Shown: one piece after another, positions 36,211-59,169 of the stretch
How the letters are laid out: every line of letters starts with the position of its first letter
Numbering within the stretch: the stretch's first letter is position 1
Origin: Podarcis vaucheri
Lineage: Eukaryota
DNA length: 64,000 nucleotides
Reading direction: 5' to 3' (one strand)
Assembly: GCA_965113315.1 (NCBI GenBank)
Contig: OZ220369.1
Translations under genes and position numbers: made by a program
The notes under the pieces: model-generated
Database searches by the model: none
Seen by the model: only the letters and a program-made list of their open reading frames with translations
Told to the model about the DNA's origin: nothing

Positions 36211-39200
36211 CTATGGATAAAAGAGGGGAGATTGGCATGAAGCACACATGATTCCATAACCACTGACCCCACATGGATGAACTGGGCAAGAGGAGGCAGA
36301 AAAGAAGAAGCACAGCTCTTACCTGGCTGGTCTGGCCTCTTGTATTTCGGAGAGCTTGGTGTGGATGAGGCAGAGTCCTGGCAAGGAAGGAGCAGAGGAA
36401 AACGGTGAAGGGAAAAAGCAGCAGAAGGAACCACCAAGGCATTTTTTTTGCAGCCATCTAGATCTCAGAACGATGAACAGTTCTAACAAAGCCAGTGTTA
36501 CATTAAACTGTTTTGAGCAATATCAGGTTCTTGTTGGTGTGCAAAGGAAGTATGTCTTGAACTCTTTAGTGAAAGAAGATCCACCGCTGAGGTGGCTGCA
36601 GAAGAGTCACTGTGCAGAAGAAAGTTGGTTGTGTGGGCTAACAATAAATTGCTAATTTATCCAAAGGAAGTGGGTGTGGGAAGGGTGGCAACTCGGGCTG
36701 AACTTATAGAGAAAGAGAATTCTGGCTAGGGGAATATTCTGGCCTGTCCAGAGCAGGTACCCGCGAGGTGAGGTGAGCCAGGCTGGTAGTAAAGACCACC
36801 AAATAAAGTTCCAAGGAAGCCATCGGCTCTGCTAAAAGCAGAAGTGAACTGAGGTCTTCTGAGTCCCTCTGTCCTGTTTACCCCTCCTAAGCGAGACTCC
36901 CCAGCCTGCGGGCAAGTGTTTCTCTGCCTCTCTGTAGCCTTCTGCCTGAAAGGCTCTCCCTGCCATTGGGCAGGGACCCTGGAGTGGGGGCACCTTGATT
37001 CCTCAGGCAAATCAAGCTGGGGGAGGCACCTCCATGGGTCCCTGCTCACAGCCTCAGGTTCAGATCCCCCCACCAAAAGCAGAATAAGAGCCCCCCTGTT
37101 ATACACAGTCAGCCAGGGGAAACTACCTGGGAAAACAAAGATGAAGCAGGCAGCCAGGCCCCCAATGAGAGAGATGACTTTGCCAATGTCAGGAATGAAC
37201 AAGGCCAGGAGGAGGGTGAGGAGGAACCAGCTGACCGTCTGCAAGAGGCGCCTCCTCCTCTCCCGCACGACGTCTTCTTCAACTGCCTCCCCCTTGTAGC
37301 GCAGCCAAAGGCCTTCCAGCACAGCTCTGGGCAGGAATCCAAGACAAAAGGAGGAGTTAGGGGTTGCCCTCTGCCACTGCAACACCCCCTGCAAGGACTG
37401 CACAGCAGCAGCTGAGGTTCACACCAGCCAGCCCCACCAACTCCTCCCGCTCCACACTCACCGGCCACAGAAATGCAGGATTGGGTAGGAAGTGAGAACA
37501 CAGACGATGATGGAAACCCGGGCAATGGCGACTGGGATGTCGTTGGAGGGGTAGGACATGAGCACATCCTGCTCCACACTGGACCCAAACGTCAAGTATC
37601 CACAGACTCCTGGCAGGAAACAGAAGGAGGAGGAAGAAGAGGAGAAGATGATGAAGAAAGAGGTTCACAATGACCCAGAGCCAACCACCAGCCACTTCTC
37701 ATCCCATGAGGGAAAAGGGTTAGGGATCAGTCTCCTTTTTGCAGCTCAGAAGAGGCAATTGCACGCTTCCTCTTTTTCATCCCGCCTACCTGTGCCCGTG
37801 TAGACAAAAAGAGCGATGACCATGGCTGCTGTCACAACGGCCCCCCATGGCTTCACCTCTGGTTGCTTCATGCTGTGGAAAACGGGCACGCTACTGACAT
37901 GGCACTGCCAGGGAGAAGAGGAATAGGAAAGGGTTTTTAGGTGTGGAAGAGGAGAATGCAAGTTTTCTGATTGCGCAGAAGTCATCAGCCTTTGTGATTA
38001 CTTGCACAGGAGATCCTTCTCCCAGGCTTGTTCTTTGGACTAGTGCAGTTTTTCCACACATACGTTTTCACAGCTGGAGACCAAAGAGCCAGTCAACAAA
38101 TTCAGCAAAAAGTAGCCTTCACCAACCTGGTGCCATGAACATCTGGAGGGAGGATGCTATAACAGGGCCTCTGATTTTCCCTTAAGACGGTTGAAGAATA
38201 AGAACCACCTCTGCCTCATTCCAGGACCCAAGTAACTCACATTATCCCTTTTTAAATGCTTTCTGAACCAAATTCCATCTTAACTTTTCCTAGGACAGCT
38301 GTATTCTTATTCTACAGTAAACCATTTCCCCTTATCCCTCATCTGTCAAAAGTAGGGAGTGCAGGCTCCATATGAGCATGTCAAAAGCTTTTGTCTGTCT
38401 GTTCACACCTTATTCAACCTTTCTTGCAAGAGGTTGAGACTAGTGTACTTAGGATATCACATCCTACTTATAAAAAAATGGACAGAAAAAGACAAGGCTA
38501 CATACCATAAACACCATACGAAAGAAAACACTACAATTTCATCCAAGATAAAAATGAATTAAACTTGAAACAAAGGTCAGGGTTTAGATTGATTATTCTG
38601 CCTCTCTCCCCATCCCATTGCACCCCCCGTGTCTCCAAATAGAGCTGTGAAAGGCCCCTGAATGAAACCCCAGAGAGACCCTGCCAGTCCGGAGGGCACC
38701 ATGATAGCATAGAAAATATTGTTGTGTGGTTCACTGTTCACAGAAATAAAAAGCTTTTTTACATTGAACCGCTGGTTTTACATTGGTACAATTATTATTA
38801 CTGATTAAATTTGTATGCTGCGCTTCGTCTGATCACAGGGCAGCTCACAAAATAAAAATACAAAATGAGAACACAAAATATATAATAAAACAAATACCAA
38901 TAGCTGCTCCCTTCCCCGCAACACACTTAAAAGGCCATAGAATGTTTAATCAGCCAAAGGCCTGGTTACAGAGGCACAGAGAGAGGTGGACTTTCTTGCC
39001 CTCAATGTGCCCACACCCACCTGGGGCCTTCAGACAAGCCTCACCTGGAAGCCAAAGCAAATGGTGGGCATGGCATTGAAGACAGACATCCAAGAGGAGG
39101 GGCTGTGGAGAGGAACACACACGTTAGTTCAGGGTGTGGTTCAGCAAATGTCTACCATCAGCATTTACTCAGAATTGAAAAACCTCCTCCTCTGAGGGGA

Positions 39201-42200
39201 GTAACGTGTCAAGAACTGATTGGCAGGATCTAGTTTTAACTCAGACAGTCAAAATTAATGCAGGAGAGGCACTTCCAAGGAAATCAATCTATCTTAAGAT
39301 GCACACCTCTATTTTCACAAGGATGAAGTCAGGTTACAATTTTCTATACAGACAATACCTAAACTGGAACCCTTCCACTCGCGAACACAGCCTTTCTAAA
39401 TCTGATGTCCTCCAGATGTTTTGGACTACAACTCCCATTAGCCCTAGCCAGCCCAGCCACTGAAATCCAAACATGGAAGGCATCGGGTTGGGAAAGGATG
39501 GGTTAATGCATCCTTCTTCCCCCTACAGTGAGAATTACCCTCTTCCTTTCAGGTGCCCCCCACTGACTGATAGTTGAAAGTTGTCAAGTCCTGAGCAGGG
39601 GAGAACTGGATGGGTCCCCAGCATAAGGATGGCCAAAGGTCAGAGGAACGGGATGTGCCTCTCAGCAGCTTAAAGAGTGGGCAGATACAGTGCCCACCAC
39701 AGAAATAAAAAAGCTTTTTTACATTGATAGTTAAAAACTAACTGGAGACTCTCGATTGGGTAGTCTAGTAATTAAATGGTCAGGTCTCTCCACTGCAGAA
39801 AACAAAGACAGGAGGTGAGGCAACTCAAGAAGGCGCCACCTCTTTCTGAAGGAGCATCACTCCCACATACCTCGTTGTAATTTCCTCTGGGATGTTCTCA
39901 TCAGGCCAAATATATTTGATGATTATGATGGCTGTGACATACCAGGTCCCGACAACACTCAAGCAGCTGTGAGAAAGAGAGAGAGTGGGACAGGTGATGG
40001 AGCTGCTGCCGCTGCTGCTATCTCCCTTCCAAGGATCATCTTGAGATGCCAACACCCACCTTTTGCATCTAGACCTGCCCTTGACAGAGCAGTTCAATGG
40101 CACCTAGTCTTTCACTCAAGCAACACATCCTGGCAAGCAACACAGAGGCACGGCCTGTTTGCCACCCTCACACTTTCATCTCGTGAGGACCCTGGTTGGC
40201 AGCAGTGGCTGAGGAGCATTTGCCAAGATATGTGCCAGCTGAGAACTGGCCTGTGCTTACCTGGCGTATTTCTGGAAGCCAATCTCCTTGGGCACTGAGA
40301 GGGGAAGGATGAGCAAGAAGGCTGTGATGCTGATGGTGAACTTGCGGTCTGTGTACCAGTGGCCGCTCTCTGCCCCTGTGGAGTCCTTCATTAATGCTGC
40401 AATTACTAGACAAAGAGAGACTGCAATCATCCTCTGGGCCCAATCCACCAGGCAGAGGGAAGTCAAAGCTCAAAGGCCAGTGCACAGCTACACACACACA
40501 AAAAAAGACTCTCACAGAGACTTGAACTTCTTATGTCCAAGGAAACACAAAGCAACTGGCATGGAACTAAGGGGAAATTTTGTGTTATAGAAAGGTGTAC
40601 AGAACACCAGAACCCAGGCAAGAGAAGCTCTGGGTTTCTTGCGCTGGACTACACCAGTCGCCAGACTTTGGGAGCTACGAGTCCTATCAGTCAAAGCCAG
40701 CATAGCCAATGGTCAGAGATGATAGAAGTTGAAGTTCAAACTATCTGGAGGGCACCAGGTTAATGGTAGCTCCCTCTGACCCTGTGATTCATGACGCTAT
40801 GAAGGCAATGCTGGCAGAAACCCTTTTCATCACTCAGCAGACACCGCCAGCAAGAGGCATGCCTAGGAGTCAGCACAGCCCTCCCTGCTCCCCAGCAAGG
40901 GTAGCCTAATTCAAGAGCACAATTACTGAGACACGGGAGCTGAGCGCCTTTTGCTATGTGCAAGCCCCACCCCCCAAGTAGTCAGTGGCACACTTGCCAA
41001 GAAACTCACAGGCAGGAGGCTGAACAGGCACCTGGTGCCCAACCTATTCAATGTATCTGTGTGGCAGTCTAGTGTGAATGTGGTGGGTATTAGCCACAAA
41101 GTTCAGTTGGTGGCCTGGGTGCAAGCCATCCTCCCTCAGCCTTGCTCACCACACAGAGCGGTTGTGAGGGCAAAATGCTGTAAAGAAACTTAAAGTATTC
41201 TATATACTGAAAAACAGCATAGGCAGTTATTCTATATAGCCCCCCAGGCTGTAATTCCTCTGAAGGCTACAGAGTATGCCCTCTACAAAGGAAACAGGAC
41301 CTCCTCTTGTGGCATAATTCTGTGAGTTTTCTAGTGTGGAAAGAACCTTTAGCTGTCCAGATGTTACTGAACTACAACTCTTTATCATCACCCCTGGCCA
41401 TTGGCTACAGGGGCTGGTGGGAGTTGCAGTTCAGCAACATCTGGAGGTGTTCCTACACCTGACCTACAGAAAAAGTAAATCAGGAGCTGCAGCCATGGTG
41501 GATGAAGCCAGAGCCAAAAACAGGCAGTTGGAAGCTCTAGGTTGTACAGCTCTTGTTCTCTCTGCAAGCTGCACAAAACAAAGGAGGGGGCGCAGCTTCA
41601 AGCCTCTCACAGTACCAGAAACAGAAGGCCGAGTACACGTCAAACCCCAATGGAGCTCAATCAAACCTTGTCTTCCCAATAAGATTTCAAAATGAGGGAA
41701 GAGGGAAGGGCACAAAAGCCCAAACAGGCCTCCTCCTTTCCCAGCAGTACTCACTCTTGTCCTGCTGATCTCCAATGATGATGAGGAAGGCAATGCAGGT
41801 GCCAAAGGTGTAGACAGCAATGGCCACTTCGCACAGGATCCCGGTGACTTTGCCACACACGGCCCACACTACCTCCTGGTAGGTGCGCTCATTGCTAGCC
41901 TGGGAGCAGTAGGCCAGGATGACAAGGCCACCAATGATGAAAACCAGCATGCACTGCAGCAGAAAAGGGAAGAGTGGCACCATGAGATGAGTGGCAGGCA
42001 CCAGCGGGCAAACTGAAAACAATAAAAAGCTCTGGGCATATTTTTTTTACTCATTTCCTGTCTTGCTTTCCTGCTCCATATATAGTTTAATTATTCTAGC
42101 TTTCCAACCTGCTGCCAACCTGGCTTTCCAGCCAGCACTGGTGTTATGATGCTAGGGCTGATGTGAGATGCAGTCCAAAACATCTGGAGGGCACCTACTT

Positions 42201-42926
42201 GGGGAAGGCTACCTTGTCCCCATGGCAATATTTTGGACATTCTATAGCTGAAAGTTTATTTTTAAAAATACTTTTAAGAGCCTAAGAACCACCTGCTGGA
42301 TCAGGCCAGGGGTAGCCCATTTGGTCCAGCATCCTGTTCTCACCTGCAAGTAGAACCCAAGCAGAAGAGCACTCTCCCCACCTGTGACTTCCAGATTTAG
42401 AAGCATTACTCCCTCCAACAGTGGAGGCAGAGCATAGGTATTGTTCCTCGCAGCCACTGAAAGGCTTCTCTGTGAATTTGCCCAGTTCTCTTTCAAAGCC
42501 ATCCAAGTTGGTGACCGTCACAAGACCTTCACAGCCGCCCACATCAAGCTGTGCTCCAGCCAGGCCAAATGAGAAAGAGCACCAGCACACACTGCAGATT
42601 CCCAAATGGATCCCTTCCCACCGCCCACACGTTTTCCCTCATCCCCACACCCTCCCTGCTTTCACCATCTGCAGCGTGATTCCTGCAGCCACTCCGCCTG
42701 CCATGCTGAAGGCTGCTGGGAAGTTCAGGAGGCCGGCACCCAGGGCCGCGTTCACAACAATGAAGACAGCTCCCAGCTTTGAGGTTGCGGCAGGTCCACG
42801 CTCTTCGTTGCCCTTGGGCCCCGTCTCCACATTGGGGCTCTGCAGCAGCCGGGCCCTCTCGCCGGCATCCGCACTCCATTCCCAGTCACCATATTCGGTG
42901 TTGATCCCCAAGTGGCTTTCAGACAT
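36108..42926 (-). CDS. SLC38A7: Sodium-coupled neutral amino acid transporter 7 (SNAT7), 10 coding exons, 459 aa
   Basis: join(complement): 42666-42926, 41755-41953, 40261-40405, 39871-39966, 39045-39102, 37790-37904, 37462-37609, 37127-37326, 36323-36377, 36108-36210 = 1380 nt; motifs [56 protein letters not shown]; position between CNOT1 and GOT2. Confidence 0.96.
36323..36377 (-). CDS. SLC38A7: SLC38A7 coding exon 9 (55 bp)
   Basis: [17 protein letters not shown]. Confidence 0.9.
37127..37326 (-). CDS. SLC38A7: SLC38A7 coding exon 8 (200 bp)
   Basis: [30 protein letters not shown]...[12 protein letters not shown]. Confidence 0.93.
37462..37609 (-). CDS. SLC38A7: SLC38A7 coding exon 7 (148 bp)
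   Basis: [48 protein letters not shown]. Confidence 0.93.
37790..37904 (-). CDS. SLC38A7: SLC38A7 coding exon 6 (115 bp)
   Basis: [38 protein letters not shown]. Confidence 0.93.
39045..39102 (-). CDS. SLC38A7: SLC38A7 coding exon 5 (58 bp)
   Basis: [19 protein letters not shown]. Confidence 0.92.
39871..39966 (-). CDS. SLC38A7: SLC38A7 coding exon 4 (96 bp)
   Basis: [31 protein letters not shown]. Confidence 0.92.
40261..40405 (-). CDS. SLC38A7: SLC38A7 coding exon 3 (145 bp)
   Basis: [47 protein letters not shown]. Confidence 0.93.
41755..41953 (-). CDS. SLC38A7: SLC38A7 coding exon 2 (199 bp)
   Basis: [29 protein letters not shown]...IIIGDQQDK. Confidence 0.93.
42666..42926 (-). CDS. 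SLC38A7: SLC38A7 coding exon 1 (exon begins at 43123 including 5'UTR)
   Basis: [31 protein letters not shown]...GITLQM|gtgaaa. Confidence 0.92.
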
Positions 42927-44269
42927 CTCCTCCGCTGGAAAGGGCCACTCAGTGGCAGGCTAATCTGTATCCAACGAACCACACTTTGCATCCCCCCCCA
43001 GCCTCCGAGAAGCACCAAGCGTTATCCTGACAGGCATGGATGTGTGGCATATAGAAGAGACATGCCTGAGCTCAGAATAATGTCACAAGCAGGGCTGCTT
43101 GCAGTTTGGTGGGTCATATGGCCCTAGAAGAAACCAAAGGAAAGAGTCAGCTCTGAGCAGATGGAGAGGAAATACAGGCCCCTGCTCACAGAAAACCTCA
43201 AAACCCATGCAGGAGGGGAACATTAAAAAACTCGTTTCTGGGCCTTGTGATTTTTAAAGGATGCAGCAACTGCTAAGAGCTCAGAATCCAAAGTGGAGAC
43301 CCAGGAAGCTATCCCAGCTCAGTACCATATTCACAAAGATTCAAAATTTGGCCCTAGCATACCTGTGGCCCAGCTCCCAAGGCACCAAACTCCAAGTGCC
43401 CAGCACCCAAATATTCCTTTGCAATGGCTAAAACAAGAAAAACTGAAGAGGTCTTCCATTGCTGCTTATCCTCTTTTGTGGGCTGCTAGAGAAACCAGCT
43501 GCATAAGCACTTCCCTCTACAACTCAGCAAAAAAGCTGTTTTGCTCATGCTGGGCAAAGTTTAGAATTGGATTTCTGGGGGGAAAACCACAAAACCACAG
43601 GGTGGAGCTGAAAGATTTCTCAACTGGTGAAAAAAATCAGTTTTGCTCCTCCCAAGCCCCATAATTTCTATTGCATATCCACTGTTGCGGTAAAACCATT
43701 TTTAAAAATTATTTGCTTACATCACCTAGTTTAGTCCTCAACTCCTCAATCGGCCATACAGAAGCGTGTGTTTTTTGGTAATCAGCAAGAGGAATTAAAA
43801 TCTCTGAGGAGCAGGAGTGAGTCATTTGTTCTGTTTAAATTTAAACCCCCCTTCCCCCCAAGATTAACAAACTAGTGTAGGTTTCAGAAAAATCTTCCAT
43901 CATTATACAACATTCTAGATAAGATTCACAATTAAAATTACCCACAAAGCTCTCCCCAATGTGTTCACTTGTGAGTTACATTTTAGGCTCAACTTTCCTC
44001 CAAGGGATTCAAGGTAGCGTCCTCCCCTCCCCTCCATTTAATCCTCACAACAGCCTGTAGGGCAGACAATGCTAAGAGATGACATCCGAGCCAAGGTCGC
44101 TCAGCGAGTTTCAGAGCGCAGAGAAGGCGCCTCTCCCTGACTCACCCACAGCAGGGAGAGGCGAAGGGCTAGACAGGGAGCCGGCAGGCCATTGTAAGCT
44201 GTGGGCTTAATGATCTCGGGGCTGGGAAGGAGACACCCCGCAACCCCTTTAGCTGCTCAGCCCATTCAA

Positions 44270-44880
44270 ATCGTGGCTGGCCGGCTCGCTCCAGCGGGCC
44301 GGGGAGCCGCAGCTTCTACTCCAAAGTGGATGACGGAGGGGATCCCGCCCCCCGCGGCACCCCCATAGATGCGCTTGCCGCTACCGCAGCGGCGGCCCCT
44401 TCGTCTCCCTGGCAAGCTAGCTTTCTGCTTGCAAGGGAGGGCGCCTTCAGCCCGGAGTGGGGGCGAAGAAGGCTCGCCAGGAGCGGCCCGGCAGCCTCCT
44501 TGCCTGCCGCAACCCCGCTTACCCACCTCCTTCCACACCGGCTGCTCAGCTGACGAGAATCACATGGCGGCGGCAGCTGCAGCGGCGCCCTCCCCCGTAC
44601 GCGCGGCATGCTGGGAGTCGTAGTTCTTGAGGCCTAACCGCGCCCCCTCAGGGGCAAGAAACAGAACAGGCGGCCTTGGACCGAGTCAGCCCACTATAGT
44701 CTCCGCTGACTCGCAGCAGCGGCTCTTCGGGGTTTCAGGAAGACAAAGTCCTGTCAGAACCAGGCCTAGAGGTGTCGCGGGTTGGAGCTGGGAGCTTTGG
44801 GTAGCAAGGATAAGGAACCTGCGTGGGGGAGCCCTCCGGGTGTTGTTGACCGGCAACTCCCATCATCCCGCCACATGCTG
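44270..44880 (-). promoter_or_regulatory. SLC38A7: CpG island / SLC38A7 promoter and non-coding exon 1 (donor at ~44523)
   Basis: CpG-rich; GG|gtaagc donor at 44523/44522; YY1-like ACATGGCGGC at ~44562; ZNF143/Staf-type motif GAACTACGACTCCCAGCATGC (minus) at 44606-44626. Confidence 0.75.
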
Positions 44881-47800
44881 GCTGTTGGGATTTGTAGGGC
44901 AGCGCCATCTAGAGGGCCAAAAGTCTCCCAGTCTGCTCTGGCAAACTGGTTTCCAAACTCCGTCCCCCTCCATAATCCACTTGAAAATGGCCAAGGGTCT
45001 TATTGGCAGACCACTTCCCGTCTTTCCTGCCTATTATAGTAATTGTAATGCGGTGTGTTTAGGTGTTGCATATTTTTAAAACAGCATGGGGTGGCTTTTT
45101 TTGCTCCTTTTGTTTCTTATATTGCATTTTATCGAAATACAATTTGTTTTCCATGGAATTCAAATTGTAATGCTGTGTAAGAAATAAAGGAAGCAAAAAA
45201 ACCCAAACAAAAACAGAGGGAGGGAGAGTAGTAATAATAATAATAATAATAATAGTTATTATTACTATTTTGATCCCAGCTGTAGCTTCCATTTGTGATG
45301 GGGAGGCTGAAGTGAAATCTGTAGTTGGATAAAGGAATAATGGCTCTCTCCTTCCCCAGAAAGTTCTGCTTCTGCCTTTCTCCACAGAGCCAAGTTCAGA
45401 AAGCTCCCCTTGTCCTCCGCTCACTCCACTTCTACTGGTATACAAAAAAAGGAAGCTTAGGCAGCTCTGGACAAATAGGCAAAGTCGCTCTACTTTTCCT
45501 ATAGGCTTGTGAGAAAGGACAACGCAGAGTCTGACCCAGTACTGATAAGTAGGACAAGGTAGGTACTCTTGTCAAACTAATCCAATATGGTATTCAGATC
45601 TAGAAACATCTTATACAATGTAAGAACAAGAGGTGAAAATATAGCCACTATTAACATGAGAGCATGAACGTGCACTTGTTACTTCAGAATCTGCCTGGTG
45701 TAAAGACTGTCTAGCATCTCTTCATCACACTCTAGCATAGCCAAGAGAAGAGATCTGGTTTATGCAGAGCAGGAACAAGCCAAATAGAATAGACCTCATT
45801 CCCCATGTTATTCCTCACTCCCCATTTACCAGGATGCTACTGCTATGGGTAGAAGTGCTCACATACCTCACGACCACTCCCCATATAACAGTAAGGTACA
45901 CTCTTCCTCACACCAGGCTGACTCCATTGTGCCTCCACCAGGATCATTCTGAACAGGATGAAAGTGTCAGCGCAAGGCAGCCTTGGTTATTCATTGTCAT
46001 GTTGCAACACAGAAAGTTGCTTTAACTGTGGAAACCTCACAGCCAGATTTCTGCAATGTGCGGTTACCTTGGGGCTGATCCAGTTGGTAGAATAGTTACT
46101 TTGTTGGATATTGGGGTTGATCAGAGTTGAGCTCTGAAAGTGCTGGAGGGCACACCAGGTTACAGAAGGCTTGATTTAGAGTAGTAGGATGCAGGCCTGA
46201 GCAGAATTCATCATAAATAAAAGCCTCAGATTTGTAACGCTCAGATGTACAGCAGCTTTAATTTTTTAACAGAAGTGACAGGCTGCATAAAGGGCAACAT
46301 GATTTATTACTGAACAGCAGAATATTCTCTAGTGAGAGGACGGATCATTGGAGACAGTAATCAGAGAAGAAGAGGCCTAAAACCACAGCACAGAAAAATG
46401 AGGATTATCCTCTAAATCAAATCTTTCAGTGTACAACAGCAGCATGAAGTGTAGGAGAATCAAAAGGAAGCTTTGGGAGTTGTGCTGCCTTGACTCTCCT
46501 GCCAAAACAAGCTGAAATAGGAGGACCACAAAGGCTACTGACAGAAGGAAAATGCTGTTCTCTTCTGTCATGTGAGAATTACAGCAAAACCTGCAAGCTC
46601 TTTGCAAGAACAACTTTCTTTCTGGTGATCAGCCGAACACAGCCTTTAGCTCTGCTATTCATGCAAATGAAAATCACAGCTAAGCACCCTAAACAGACTG
46701 GTTAAGGGCAGACAGGACAAGCGCACATACCCCAAACAAGGGGGAAAGCAACAGCAGGTGGTAGTATCTGAAAGCAATGGACAAACAGTTTCACTTCTGC
46801 CCCCTAGAGGCAGCTCCACATGTGCAGCTATGGCCACTGGGTGCAAAGGCAAGCCACCAGCCTGAGGCTTTTTCATGCTGTGGCAACAGCTCTCCTTGAC
46901 CTCTCAGCCCCTCCTCATTCAATATGCATGCTTTGACACTCAGCCAACACAGAGATGGGGCTTAAGGCCTGGCCTCTGGGCAGGCGCGAAAGCCTTAAGT
47001 TGTTCACACAACATAAAGGAGACACACACAATGCATTAAATACTCAACTGCCTTTTCACAACAGGGGCGGTGGGTAGGCAGCAAGGTATATGTTTTGTAG
47101 CTCCAGACAATCAACTTCTGGCCACAGAGAGGGAGGCTCAACTGTTCATGGTATCTGCTTCTTGTATAATTGCCAAAGCTGAAGAACTTATCTCTGTCGC
47201 TCACACACACAGACCAGAGATCTGGAAAGTTTCCCCATGGGTTTGACCTGCCCCCTTCTTTCCACTTTGCAGGGGGAGGAAGAAGAGTGAAGCAGTGAAA
47301 ACAGACAAAAATGTTTTCCATCTTAAGTTGTTTGAACACACTGAAGAGTTTATCTTGCCCTACTTTCATGCCTAGTGATCTGTCATTCAATTGCAGTGGA
47401 TCTCTTGGCTTAGGTGGTGGATATCCTGAGCATGTGAGTGGCAAGAACAGAGAGGAAACTAAAAGAGGCCAAAGTGAAGTTATACTTAAAGAGTTACATT
47501 TCCTGGGTTGGGGTGGGGTGGGGGAAGCTATTCCAAATTCATAACTGAGCTTTAGTCCCATTTAAGGATTACAAAGGATTGAAAAGGATTACAAAGCATT
47601 GTGTGAGAAAGAATTTTGGAGAGAATGAGCAAGGGCCCAGCAGGGCTTCCCATGACCAAAAATTAAAAGAAACACCGTTTAATATGTTGCCCTTATTGCT
47701 GATCAAAGATGCCAGAGAAGAGTTAAAATATTGTTCTATTATCTGCCTTTTATTTGATAGTGAAACAAACTTATGAGTCAGCTTTATAAACTGTCTATGC

Positions 47801-48635
47801 ATGGAAACAATGAGCTTTTTGGCAAGGAAGAACAAAAAGAGGAAGTAATTTCTCTTTCAAGCTTCATTACACAAATTCCTGGAGTGTGCCAGGGACTAGG
47901 GGTCCATTTAAAGCAGGCTGATTTCAAGTGATTTTTATTTATTTTTTGAGAAAAAGTGGAACTAGAAAGCCAAGAGCCAATGGAAATAAATGCTGACTCC
48001 GGAATACCCCTGCTTGCCTTTCTTTGGAAGAACTGGGCAAGAAGAGGATCCCCTGGGAGAAAGCCTCTTGTGAAGCCAGAGGCGGGCTCTGCAGAACTCC
48101 CCGATCCAAGTCCAAAAGGGCAGACAAGGAAAGGCTCGTCATCCAGAACCCTGGCTCAGGGGCAGGAAAGCTGCAGCCCTTCAACACCCATCAGCCCTAG
48201 CCAGCACAGCCAATGGACAAGGATGGTGGGAGTTGTAGTCCAACAAAGCCTGCAGGGCCCCACCCCTGCCCTGACACTGCTCTGATGAGGCCACCACACA
48301 CAAAATGCTGGCAGGCAAACATTCACTAAAACATTTGCATCAAATCCGCCACAAACTCTTGAAGGATTCAAGGATCCATTTTTGGTAAAGTGGCTACTTC
48401 TGAAGGGAGGAACAGAACACATGTCAACAGCCCTGCCTAGAGCCAAGCAGTGTGAGTAGGGAGGGCTGAGGAGGCCTTGCCGCTACAGAGATACATTCAA
48501 ATGACGTTGAAGTGTTGTGGAAAGAACCGTTTTGCTGCCGCCATCTCCTCCTCTCTCACCCACCCTCTGCTGAGTCAAAATGTCCAGAGAGCACGGAAGG
48601 GAAGGCCGGTCAGTCCACCCATTTCTGCCTTTGCT

Positions 48636-58579
<9,944 letters not shown>

Positions 58580-59169
58580 GGCGGAGCGGGTCGAATGGAG
58601 AGGAACCTGCGGCGGTAGCGGTTGCAGCTGCTGCCTTAGCCTGGAGGAAGCCGGAAGGAGGCGGAGTCGCCGCCGCACTTCCTACAGACCGCACCGAGCG
58701 AGGGAGGGAAGGAGGGCGGCGCTGGCTGGCTGTGGGGCGGGCCGAGCCTCGGCCTCGAGACTCAGGGAAAGGGAAGGCCGCTTTGCTTGGCCCCGCCTTG
58801 AGGCTGAAAGAGGAGCCGCAGGGAAGGGCAGCCAGCTCGCCAACCACAACAAAATATTTTATTATTTTACAGATGTAGTTGGTGGGCTTCATGAGACAGG
58901 CACTGCAGGAGTGGAAAACAGATCGCACAGACTTATGCCAACTGGCACATGATGGTCACACAATATTTTTCCTTCCCAAACTATTTCTCCTATGTCATCC
59001 AAGTGGGAGTTTCTATCAATGATGACATTTCTATGGGAGTCTACTCCAGGGACAGGGCTACTGGTGCTAAACTACTCTCTAAAATACAAGTTCAGATGGA
59101 CCAGTCCAATGGTGTATTTTTAAAAAATATATTTTTATTAAAGATTTCTTAATTTTCAAAAATACGTGC

